A stretch of DNA of 64,000 bases, taken from NCBI GenBank assembly GCA_964187785.1, contig OZ076409.1, positions 18,726,001 to 18,790,000 of the forward strand. The letters run 5' to 3'. The notes under the pieces are model-generated. The model was not told the origin of the DNA, ran no database searches, and saw only the letters and a program-made list of their open reading frames with translations. Shown here piece by piece: positions 12,101 to 23,799 of this stretch (its first letter is position 1; each line of letters begins with the position of its first letter). The translations under genes were made by a program, and so were the position numbers. The stretch is from Amphiscolops sp. MND2022. Its lineage: Eukaryota.

Positions 12101-15100
12101 AGTAACTGAATAAAAAAGATGAACAATTTGTGTCAAAAAAACGTCGAAGTCGGAAATGTTTCCAGAAAACGCGTCGTTTCTTCGGAAAACAATTCTTTCT
12201 TGGGTTCCACGAGGCAAACTGAGAAGTCGAAACAAGCAGATCCACCATAGAGCAAACCTTTTGGAACGGGAATTCAATGGAAACACTGTAAAGAATGTTT
12301 GATCCGTTTTGAGATCCATCACAAAATAAGGTGATTTTCGACGTTATTCCGCAAAAATAGTGATTTTAGACTTTATTCCCAAAATGAAGTGATTTTAGAC
12401 GTTACCCAACAAAAATAGTAATTTTAGAGGTCAAACCACCAAAATACGGTTATTTTAGACGTTATTCCAGTAAAATACACTGTTTTTAGGTCTTATTCTA
12501 CCAAAGTAAGGTGATTTTAGACGTTATTCCGCAAATATAGTGATTTTAGACGTTATTCCCAAAAATAGTGATTTCAGACGTTATTCTTTAAAAAAACAGT
12601 AAATTTCAGACGTAATTCCAGTGAAATAGTGTTTTAAGATCTTATTCCATCGTTTATTCATTCAAATCTGGACCATTTCCATCTAAAAACTTTTGACCAT
12701 CTTCCAAATCTGGACCATTTTCATCTAAAATTTATTCTAATCTAACCCAAAATCCATAAATCAAAATCCTACCTACAAGCGGCTTCAGGAAACGCGGTGC
12801 CGAAAAGCGTCCTTAATGCTACCCGGGTCATTAAGGTAACCCTGTTTGAGATCACTTTTAAAACCAGATCTTTAAAACAGATGGTATTCAAAAAAGACAC
12901 AGAATTGAACGAATGTTACCGTCTTGAACGAATTTCTAGTCGAAATTACACATTGCATTTTTTTTGTAAGACTTTTTTAACGCAAAAATGCAATTTTGTT
13001 ATCAATTTTGTTAGCAAAAATACAGTTTTGTTATCAATTTTGTTAGCAAAAATGTTATCAGAATCTTGTAAGAAATGTTTGACATTGTAACAAATTTGCA
13101 AAAATTGCGATTCTTGTACAAACTTGTAAGATTCTTGTAAGAAGGGCAAAGTTGGCAAGAATTTCGGAAGAATTTTGCAAGATTTGTGATTCCTCTAACC
13201 TAGGGATGTCCATCGAAATCAAGGCCAACGACCATTCAAATAGTCAACCTTGACTCATTTTGGCTTCTTTTCACCTAAAGCACAAAACTTCGGAAGATGT
13301 CGAACTTGCCTTCACTCTGGAAGCGAAGATTGCAGAGCTGGAACAAACTCCTTAAACTGGATTTGTATTGTGAGGCTCTCTGTTAGTGTGGCATCAATGC
13401 GTCACACGTGACAGGACCCACGACGAAAACGCGGTCCCTGTCGGGATCCACAAAGTACTGAAAATATATTCAAAAACGTTTAAAACGACCAAAAACTGTC
13501 CGAAAACAAATCAAAAGCCATGATTCTAACGTATTGCAAATAGCCAAGGATGATTAGCCTTTATTCGAATATTTTTCCATGGAAATACCATGATGATAGA
13601 TGAATGGCCGAGAATGAGTCGTTGTGGTCAACCTGGGATTTTTTGATAGTTCACAAACGTGAATATGCATGCGCACTCAATTTTTCGTCATTAAATTTTG
13701 TGGAAGAACTTATCGTTTGAGCTCTTTACTAGTATGAAATTAGAAGATGACGTTTACAAAAACTTAACTTAGGGTGACAACACATAAATTACCCCAATGT
13801 TGGTTTCAGAGGATTCTTCCCTGTTATTCCTGGAGGCCATTCGCTGAAGGAAGTCTTTGAAATTGGCTCTTTCGAATCGGAGGAGAATGAGGAGAAGAAA
13901 GTGCGATATACTGAGAATGGAGACCCTTACATGCAAGATGTGGTCGAAGGAATGCCCATGTTTCTTAAGAATTGATCTATTCAACCACTCCATTCTAGAA
14001 AGATTAATCATTAAGAGCTAATAATTAAAAAAGACCTATTTATGAGACCCTCTGTGGCACTTCAAACAAAACACCGCATCCTATCAGTTCGTCGTATTTG
14101 AATCTCGTAGTGATTCAGTTTTTGGGAGTGGGAACACAACCTCTCAGTAAAACTCAGGAAAGGACCCTGAAAATTACTTGAAATCGTTTTTCTGATAATG
14201 GACAATTAAGAAACAACCTCTTCAAACCAGTGATATCGTTATGGAACACCTTGCCTGCCTCGCAGGAAACCTTTAAAACGATAAATCGGCACGATGAAAG
14301 TAAAGGCACGCTGGCAAAAATGTTCAAAAAATTTCCAATGAGAATTTTCCGATTGAAGTCAATTGTTCGTAATACTGTACAGCCAAAAGTGTTGAAGTGA
14401 AGATCGCTTTAAGCAGCTGATATCTTAGTCCCTTTTGTCTAGTATGGGATAATACCATAACCGATTGTACACTGTTTTTAATTAGGCAAAATGATGCGTG
14501 ATTGACATAAGATGAAGAAGTTCTGTTTTTGGTACTTCAGGGAAGGAACTTTGACGAGCTAATAGGCTCTTTTCCTGTCCAGATTGGTTTCTTTCATTTC
14601 AAGTCATATGTATTTTGGTTTTTGTGTAATGATTCCAATCAAATAAACTTTTTTTCAACTTCCACCTTTCATCGATTTCTAATTGTTAATGACACAATGT
14701 AGGTGTCTGAACTAAAAAGTAGTTTTTCAAAGCTTAATGACTGCAATATACACCAATGTGGGTATTTTGTTTCTCCTTCGAAAAAAAATACTGTTGAGAT
14801 TACTGCGTTTGCTGTTGAGCGACCAAAGATAAGACGAGTTGACAAGTTATAGTATTAATTGATTTGAAAATCAAGAGAAACTGGATTGTAAGGTATCAAC
14901 GTGTGGCCTCGATTTGATGGTGATGAAAACAAGGCAGCCGAGTTCAAAGAGGTCATGACCCGCTACTTCCAGCTTATGACCAGTGTGGGAGAGGTCATGA
15001 CCGAATTGCTGTCCAGGGCACTCAAGGTAGACCACAGCTACTTCACCAGATTGTTCCCTGGACCTACCAATGTGTCCACACTCAGACTCATCCACTATCC

Positions 15101-17063
15101 CCCCAGAAACCAGACAAACATTCACTCGGGGGCCATAGTTAGTAATGAAAGCTTATAATGGATGTATTATTGATTAGATAGAATGATATATGAGTATAGT
15201 CCCTAAAACTTAGCTAGGAATGACACAAGTCGGAGCTCCACTAAAGGCTCCCAAAATGAAATGTCTTTCAAATATGTTGAGTGATATTCATTTAAAAAGA
15301 TATTGTAAAATTCACAGTGCCAAAAAATACCAGACGCGGACCTTTGAAGCATGAAAAACATTTTTCTTCTTTTAGATCCTTTGATGAAATATAAAAACTT
15401 TCGATACATAGTGCCGAAAAAACCTTTTGAATGACTTGAACTGCTGAATAATGTAAATGCGGAGTAGATTTGGATGCGTTGTAGATTTGCTACAGTGGGA
15501 TATATTTTAACCAGCGACTTTTTATATAATTTTTTAAAAACTGGACTTTTCAGTGACATCTGGAGAAAAACTACCCATTGTAATGATCTTGCACTGTTCT
15601 TGCAAAAAGAAGTTCTTGGTAAAAAACATAAGGTCACTAGCACTGGTAAACCTGTAGCGACTTGACGGTTTTTCGATATTGTGTCACGAGTTATGTAATC
15701 ATCTTTAGGACCCTGACGACGGGGCTGTGTTGACGACAGGTGCGCACGTGGACTCTTCCTTCATCACAATCCTCAGCACCTTCCAGAACCCGGGGCTACA
15801 GGTCAAGTACGAGGGGGCGTGGCACCCAGTGCCCAACGTCACCAACTCCCTCGTCATGAACGTCGGCAAACTACTCTCTCAGGTGCACATACACTCTATT
15901 ATAACGTGTCCAGGTAAAAAGGTTTACAGACAAAACGCCAAAAAAGCAGACAAAAGGGCCAAAATATATATATTTTTCAAAATACCACATGACATATGTT
16001 CACATACCTCTAGTGCCCTAGATGCAGGAGCGAAGCGAACCGGAGCGACTTGTAACATGACCATGCCTAATTGTTGCTACTTAGTGAAGGGAGCGACCCG
16101 ACCGAGCCATACAACAAACATGCTAACCTCTTCAAATAAGTCCACTTCCATACATATTGGCCCTTCTGTCTTCTTTTTGACCTTTTTGTCTGTCGCCCCT
16201 TTGTCTGTGTTTTTTGGCCCTTTTGTCTGGAAGCCTTTTTGTCTGTGCACCCTATTATAATGAACAAGTAAAACACAATCTACTTCGGATATACCGAGAT
16301 TTTTTCGAATCTGAAAGGAAACAAATAATTCCTAGTAGTTTATGTATAGTTCAGTTCCCAGTGCCAAATTGTACAATGTGACACCTTGAAATTTTTAGAA
16401 CTTTTTTGGTCAGTTCGTGTGGATTGGAAAAAAGAATCACCAGTATAGTCGCGTTTCACTTCATGAAGCGCTGACTAAAAGTACGTGGGAAAAAACTCAC
16501 TCATAGGCGCGGAGAACTAAAGTGAGTTTTTATAATATATTATATATTATTGTATTTCAATATATTATATATTTTTGTAAATTTTGTTTTCTGGATGACT
16601 ACTAGTAAACTGATCACGATGCTCTGACCAAATTGTTACTGTGATAGGGATAGTTGACGTTAAAATCGTGGCTTAAACTATTGATAACAGAAATCCTCCT
16701 TACTTTTGAACTAAATAAAGTAGAGTTTCTCTCTCTCTTACTCCTTAAAAACTTTTTAACTGGCTAAAATTCACTTGCAATTATAAATAATTGTCCAAGA
16801 ATTATAATTAATTGTTTTTATCACAGCTAACTGAAGGAATTTTGGTGGCGACCAATCATCGTGTCGTCGATATCGGAGAAGACCGCTACTCGGCTCCCTT
16901 CTTCTATGAGCCCTGTTTCGCGGCCGATTTGAGGAAGACCATATATGGAAACAAAGTAGAAGGTCTCGTGGCCAATCATTATGGGCCTTGGATGACAAAA
17001 ACGACTTCGCAGTATGTGGAGTATCAAACGACCAACTTCGGAGTCGCCTTTTTCGATGATTAA
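9150..17063 (+). CDS. 2-oxoglutarate/Fe(II)-dependent dioxygenase (IPNS/ACC-oxidase-like; DIOX_N + 2OG-FeII_Oxy). Exons 9150-9273, 11064-11178, 13810-13949, 14893-15137, 15709-15882, 16827-17063; about 344 aa
   Basis: Exon phases are compatible and total 1035 nt. Motifs in order: AMENLGFILI, RGFFP, KEVFEIG, NVWP, TLRLIHYPP, H-x-D (AHVDSSFITIL), GLQV, LVMNVG, distal His (ATNHRVV), R-x-S (RYSAPFF). Four GT-AG introns; the intron 3 donor is uncertain. Confidence 0.9.
9437..10696. mobile_element. Possible old solo LTR in intron 1, distantly related to the LTRs at 41931/55612, interrupted by the repeat at 9679-10179
   Basis: TGTAAAGG...CCGATACA ends; shares CATGCTC(G)AGTGCCACGTCA and AGCTGGG(G)CACA words with those LTRs. 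No TSD found. Confidence 0.35.
9679..10179 (+). mobile_element. Non-autonomous Helentron/DINE-1-like interspersed repeat
   Basis: Begins AACAAGACGGGAACGTTCCAAGTCGGCGCCATATCTAAGGCTC and ends in an ATAGTCG...CGACTA stem-like motif; the same termini recur elsewhere in the window. Confidence 0.6.
11690..13205. mobile_element. MITE-like element in intron 2
   Basis: Imperfect TIRs CCCTAGGTTACAAAAATCACAACTCTTGCAAAATT / AATTTTGCAAGATTTGTGATTCCTCTAACCTAGGG, with AT on both flanks. Confidence 0.75.
12325..12650. repeat. Minisatellite, about 11 units of 28-31 bp (GTGATTTTAGACGTTATTCCGCAAAAATA-like)
   Basis: Directly visible tandem repeat. Confidence 0.9.
15905..16251. mobile_element. Mutator-like MITE in intron 5
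   Basis: About 40-bp imperfect TIRs and an exact 9-bp TSD CTATTATAA (15896-15904 and 16252-16260). The internal part matches about 37882-38010. Confidence 0.8.
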
Positions 17064-18407
17064 TTAGACTGACTAAGGTGCTAGCAAAATTTGATTCATT
17101 TATTCATATTCTTCAAAGTAATGGTATTAATATTATTTTATGCCATTTCAAAATGGTCCAATGAATGATGGTACGTACAAGATCAAACTCATATACACTA
17201 GGGTACCAAAAAGATAACGACAGTCGATTTAGCAAACGAAAATTTTCAAAGCGCGAAATCTTAAAAGTATTCATTTTTACAAGAATAGTCTCAGGAGAAA
17301 AAGCAAATTTTGATCAGCAATAGAAAAATAATTTCTGTTTTGAAATTTTTGAAATAAAATTCAAAAAGTTATATCACATGTCGAGTAATTTTGGAAAATT
17401 TTGAACTTTATTACGCAAAATTGCAAAAACTACTGGTCCAAAGTTAGAATTTTTAACGGAAATGTTTTCTTGGAAAATGAAAAGTCAAAAGTTGTATTTC
17501 TGTCGAAACAGTATTTTTATGGAGTAAAAATTGAAGATTTGGCATTTTGTGCTCATTTTGCTGAGTAAATTCCAAAGAAGGGCGTTTCCAGAAAACGTGT
17601 TGAAATCAAAAGTTAGAGATCTCAATCAAAGGCAAAATGTTTGTCTTTTTGCTAGGAACTTTGTCTCATCCCGAACGTTGTATGTTTACTTGCTTATTCC
17701 TCCATCGCTGCTAACGAGGTGCTCAACCAAATTACAGCTTACCGTTACGAAAAGTGTTTTTCTTGAAACTGACATTATCTTCAACTAATAACAGGCGACA
17801 AAACCAAACTTACAAAACTTGGCATCTCGTTTATTATTGCTAACGCTTCCCGATTTGAAAAAAGTGTAAGCAAAAAGTGAAAAATTTTGTGAAACAGATC
17901 AAGATCAATTTGAGAATACACAGACATGACTCGAAAAAGAATATTTTTGATAGTTTTATTGTGGACTGAAGATACATAAAACTTCCTTCAGCCATTTCAT
18001 TATGTAAACTGAATCAAGTCCGACCGAAATGCCACAATGGTTGTTGGTCAATGTGAATTCAATAACCGAGAACTTGCTTTCAGAGTTCAAATTAATTTCA
18101 CATAAAAATTCAGTTTTCATACTTGCCTTTAACGCAAAGTGACTTGCTGGTAATTCGAATGAAGCACTCAGTCAGCACACGTGAAATTTTGTGACCTATC
18201 AAGCTTCGGAATATTTGTTAACAACTTATTCGGAACAACTAAAGAAAGTGCTTTTGATCCTGTCCATCGATCAAAGGTGCAGATCAAAGACAAGCAAGAT
18301 CTGGCAGGTACTTTTGACTCAAAATGTACTTGAAAATTCTGAGACGTTTAACGAAACCAAATAAGTTTTTTTTAATTATACTCGAGCGTATTTGACAAAT
18401 ATCTATT

Positions 18408-19103
18408 TGTAACGTCCAGCAAAACGAAAACATACTAGAGCTGAGATAATGTCTAGGTTGCATTGACAGGAGACCATAGTCTTGCTGCAACTCTAAACAT
18501 CCGTATCTGTCCCAAAAGTGGTCTCCTAGGAGGACATTTTTAGCGTCAAGGACTCTTCATTTAGAGCTCTCCGAGGCGACGTGCTGGCGCATTCAAAGTC
18601 CAGATACGTCCCTCAAGCTCGTAAAAATGGTTCCTAATGCTCCCGAGACATCCTACATGCTCCCGAGGTCCAAAACGGCAATTAGCGGAACTACATTATA
18701 TTGGGGAAATATGATAAAATGATTGAGTTAGGGGTTCTAACAGATCAAACATCATCATATACCTGCATATACCTACCAATGATTGCCAATACACGCCAAA
18801 AAAACATCTGAAAACGTCTTAGTGAGTTTTGGGTCTGTACGTGACTAAGATGCACTTTTCCTCTGGGTTTCGGAAGTGTGCCCATTTCCTGGGATTATTT
18901 TCAAAACTCTCAGACTGGATGATTTTGGGTGAAGTGGCACATCACTGGGTGTTCTAAAGCTTCTTCGGGTGCTTTCGGGATACTCTATTGGTGTGTATTT
19001 TCTTTGTTCGTGAGTTGTCTTTTTGACTGATTTTGGGTGTCTGCCAAATCGGCCATTTTTTTGTTAGATAATTTCTAGAAGGTGCCGTGTCAAATTTGTC
19101 ACA
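18408..19103. mobile_element. Probable solo LTR (family shared with 63453-64000)
   Basis: Starts TGTAACGTCC, candidate end GTCACA; colinear similarity with 63453 onward (ACAGGAGACC, GGTCTCCTAGG, CTCCGAGGCGACGTGC). No clean TSD. Confidence 0.55.
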
Positions 19104-19784
19104 TAGCGCATAGCGCAATACAGTCGAACCTTGACCACCTCTTCAATGAAACGCAATTTGATTCAGACATAACGTAAAAAGTTCGGATATAGCGCCCTGG
19201 GCCAAATGGAAGATATTTTTAAATCTCCGCATCCTGCTCAGTAAAACGCAATATAGTTCGGATAACACGTCAAAAATTCGGATGTAGCCAAAAAAGTTTG
19301 AATCTCGACCACCTCTTTAATGAAACGCGACTCATTTCGGACATAACGTCAAAAGTTTTGACGTCGGATATAGCGTGCTGGGCAATTGAGAAAACCAAAT
19401 TTTCAGACGAAAAAAGAATTTTTTCGAGAAGTCCCACAATGCCTAAATATGTGAAATGGGGTCCTTCGGGCTTTTTGAACATTCAATTTAATACAAAATG
19501 TCAAAAATAATTGAAGGGGGGCCCTCTAGAGACTAGGAAAAAGTTTCGAAAAAGTTATGAAAGTGCCGAAAAAATGTCGAAAGACGGTCCTTTTGTCTCA
19601 TCCAAATTTGTATGTTACGTTGAAAAAAATAAAAGGGCGACTTTAGCACTACCTTAGACGTTTCCGAGGTATTCCTTTAGCTGAACAAACTGAACAAAAC
19701 TTGGAATTTCGTTGCATTGGCAACTGCCCAAAAGAACAAATTTTAAAACAGAAAGAAAAAAGATAAACTATTAAATTTTCGTTT

Positions 19785-20666
19785 TTCAGTCGGCGCTTTT
19801 CGTAGAAAACGCAGACTATAGCAGTGACTTTTCTTCTATTCTAAGACCAACGAAGTGACAGATTTTATAAGCTTTATAAGCTGACTTGCACTAACACTAA
19901 CTGCCACACTACTTCTACTGGCACTTGAGATAGAGGTTAATTAGGCTTTTTTGAGGTCCCCTTTCACATTTTTCGGCACTATGCGACTTACCGGAGACCA
20001 AAAAAAATTGAAAAAAAATTCGAAAAAAAATTCTGATTTTTTTCTCGATTTCTTCCTCATGCGGGTACTGTAGAAGAGAATACTTGACACTTTGAAGTCC
20101 TTTTGCTATTTTTGAGCCTTAAATATGCCGCCGACTTGGGCTCCTGGCTTGTTTTAAAGGCCAACGAAGTGGCAGATTTTATAAGCTTTATAAGCTGGCT
20201 CCCACAAACTGCCACACTAATGTAGCTTCTTCTGCTTCTGAGTTTTTGAGGATTTTTTGAGATCTGGCAAGCAGAAGGACGTGGATTCGAGTCTCGCCCT
20301 TGACCAAAAATTTTTTTGTGCAGGTTATTTCGGCTTTGTGATACTTTTTTCGCAGTTTTTTTTAAATGTCTCCAAAGGGTCCCCCCTTCATTTTTTTCTA
20401 TTTTGTGAAAGAGTGGATGTTCAAAAACTCCCAAAGTGCCCTCTTTTACATTTTTTGCACTATGAGACTAACCGGAGACTTCAAAAAAATTCGAAAACAA
20501 ATTCCAAAAAAATTTCGAAAAAAAATCTTCAAAAAAATTTTTGGGAAATATTTTTCAATTTGTTCCTCATGCGGGTACTGTAAAAGAGAATACTTGACAC
20601 TTTGAAGTCTTTTTGCTATTTTTGAACCTTAGATATAGCGCCAACTTCAGCCGTTCCCGGCTTGTT
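19785..20666 (-). mobile_element. Two tandem Helentron/DINE-1-like copies
   Basis: Reverse-complement AACAAG...AGT(C/T)GGCG..ATAT(C/T)TAAGG termini end at 20153 and 20666; stem-like AGTCGGCGC...GACTAT at 19788-19820. Confidence 0.6.
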
Positions 20667-21351
20667 TCTCAGACCGCTGACAAAACCATAATTGAAGTGG
20701 CAACTTTCAAAAACTGGACCTTTATGGACCAATTGGATTCTTATATATACATGGTTGGAACCAATTTTTCTAATTTTTGTATTGTCGTACCTCAAAACAT
20801 GAAAACGAAACAATCAAAATGAACAGCTTGAAGTAAGATTTATCTCGAGTTTTCAATAACTTTAACTCAATTTTTTTCTGGGGCTGCTTTTTTTCTCGAT
20901 ATCAAGCAGTTCGTAGCAAATTTTTTTGCCATATTGGGCTTCTCAATAAGATTTTTCCTGCAAAAATGACTGCCTTGATAAGATCTTACCGTGACATCTT
21001 GCAATTCTTGGCAACATCTTAGCAAGATATTGCCAACATCCTACTAAGATATCCATGGAGGGTCGACCCTGGTCGTCAGACATTGTTCGTCGTATTGGTT
21101 GAATAAGCCTAAACCTTGCACTGACATTCGAGACTGGAGTAAATTTAAATTGTTAGTTAGGTAACAGTTTAGGCATTGAGATCTTCTCTATATTGCGCGG
21201 TCTCACTGCAGTGAACAAGGAGAGCGAAATGTCACCACGGGGGCTTGGTTCAAAGTACCCCTAGGCAAAGTTTTGACTTCGCTAATCAGCAATTCAGCGA
21301 ATTAGCTGCCGCGCAGAATTTTTTCAACGATCCAGTTAGCGATTCAAACTA

Positions 21352-23654
21352 GGGGCATCTAATAGCTGGTCCCAATTCAAAATTTGTTCCCAAAATACAC
21401 GGACTCCGACGACGAAAATTCCGACGACGAAAAGGTGGAACATTTCGAAATTCATTTTGACTCGGAGTCAAAATGAATTTCGAAATGTTCCACCTTTTCG
21501 TCGTCGGAATTTTCGTCGTCGGAAATTTCGTCGTCAGAAATTTCGTGTTCAGAAATTTGGTCATCGGTAATTACGTTCTACAAAACGTCGCATTTCATCT
21601 AATCTATTAGGAATAGTCTGTTACTATTGAGTTTATTTATCTTTTCAGTTGCCGTTATTTGTGCAATTATCGACTACTTTTAGTTCTAGTTTTGAGAGAA
21701 AAAGTTTCGCTTACAAAGTTTTAACGAATAATAAATGATCTTCCATTATCACAGATTTTTTTGACATCATTTTTACGCATATTCAAAACTTTTTGTGCAA
21801 TTTTTAAAGGTTTAGTTCTAGTTTTTAGTTCTAGTTTTGAGAGAAAAAGTTTCGCTTACAAAGTTTTAACGAATAATGAATGATCTTCCATTATCACAGA
21901 TTTTTTATGACATCATTTTTACGCATATTCAGAACTTTTGTGCAATGATCAATTGAGTACTAAAAATATGCCGTTGCTCGAAAAGCGTCTTGATGAATTG
22001 ATTGAATGCAATTAACTTTTTGACTCAATTTTGGTGTCAAAATGACTCTTGTTCTTCTGGTCTCATTTCAATGATTAAATAATTTAAATGGTATCTTTTC
22101 CTGAACGCTGTTAACTCGAATCTATCCGACGAAATTTCTGACGTCAATATTTCTGACGACCTAATTTCTGGATTTGCTAATGCGACTCGGAGTCAAAATG
22201 AATTTCGAAATGTTCCACCTTTTCGTCGTCGGAATTTTCGTCGTCGGAAATTTCGTCGTCAGAAATTTCGTGTTCAGAAATTTGGTCATCGGTAATTACG
22301 TTCTACAAAACGTCGCATTTCATCTAATCTATTAGGAATAGTCTGTTACTATTGAGTTTATTTATCTTTTCAGTTGCCGTTATTTGTGCAATTATCGACT
22401 ACTTTTAGTTCTAGTTTTGAGAGAAAAAGTTTCGCTTACAAAGTTTTAACGAATAATAAATGATCTTCCATTATCACAGATTTTTTTGACATCATTTTTA
22501 CGCATATTCAAAACTTTTTGTGCAATTTTTAAAGGTTTAGTTCTAGTTTTTAGTTCTAGTTTTGAGAGAAAAAGTTTCGCTTACAAAGTTTTAACGAATA
22601 ATGAATGATCTTCCATTATCACAGATTTTTTATGACATCATTTTTACGCATATTCAGAACTTTTTGTGCAATGATCAATTGAGTACTAAAAATATGCCGT
22701 TGCTCGAAAAGCGTCTTGATGAATTGATTGAATGCAATTAACTTTTTGACTCAATTTTGGTGTCAAAATGACTCTTGTTCTTCTGGTCTCATTTCAATGA
22801 TTAAATAATTTAAATGGTATCTTTTCCTGAACGCTGTTAACTCGAATCTATCCGACGAAATTTCTGACGTCAATATTTCTGACGACCTAATTTCTGGATT
22901 TGCTAATGCGACTCGGAGTCAAAATGAATTTCGAAATGTTCCACCTTTTTGTCGTCGGAATTTTCGTCGTCGGAAATTTCGTCGTCAGAAATTTCGTGTT
23001 CAGAAATTTGGTCATCGGTAATTACGTTCTACAAAACGTCGCATTTCATCTAATCTATTAGGAATAGTCTGTTACTATTGAGTTTATTTATCTTTTCAGT
23101 TGCCGTTATTTATGCAATTATCGACTACTTTTAGTTCTAGTTTTGAGAGAAAAAGTTTCGCTTACAAGTTTTAACGAAAATTAAATGATCTTCCATTATC
23201 ACAGATTTCTTTGACATCATTTTTACGCATATTCAAAACTTTTTGTGCAATTTTTAAAGGTTTAGTTCTAGTTTTTAGTTCTAGTTTTGGGAGAAAAATT
23301 TTCGCTTACAAAGTTTTAACGAATAATGAATGATCTTCCATTATCACAGATTTTTTATGACATCATTTTTACGCATATTCAGAACTTTTTGTGCAATGAT
23401 CAATTGAGTACTAAAAATATCCCGTTGCTCGAAAAGCGTCTTGATGAATTGATTGAATGCAATTAACTTTTTGACTCAATTTTGGTGTCAAAATGACTCT
23501 TGTTCTTCTGGTCTCATTTCAATAAATAAATAATTTAAATGGTATCTTTTCCTGAACGCTGTTAACTCGAATCTATCCGACGAAATTTCTGACGTCAATA
23601 TTTCTGACGACCTAATTTCTGGATTTGCTAATGCGACGACATTTCCGCCTCCCC
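21352..23654. repeat. Element with GGGG/CCCC ends carrying three near-identical 725-726-bp tandem units and a perfect hairpin
   Basis: Units start at 21459, 22184 and 22910, each with an internal duplication of about 145 bp. Flanks read TA|GGGG...CCCC|TA. Confidence 0.85.
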
Positions 23655-23799
23655 TAAGTAGCCTTTAATTTTTTGTTAACGTGGTGCATTTTCTGGAGTG
23701 CTTCCTTATTCGATTGTTGCAGCGACTATGTGAGTCTGACTTGGAATACCATCCGATCGTTATGTACATGTCGCATCATTTTTAATTGGGCAGCGGCCA

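Noticed and set aside
12325..12650. CRISPR-like regular repeats
   Set aside because: Units are contiguous with no unique spacers, no cas genes are present, and the context is a eukaryotic intron.
15727..16260. 177-aa ORF as a stand-alone gene
   Set aside because: Only 15709-15882 is exon; the rest is read-through into an intronic MITE.
9150..17063. Calling the gene a true isopenicillin N synthase
   Set aside because: Only family-level motifs are present and no beta-lactam pathway genes are nearby.
20270..20305. tRNA gene
   Set aside because: Only a B-box/T-arm-like word inside a repeat; no cloverleaf.
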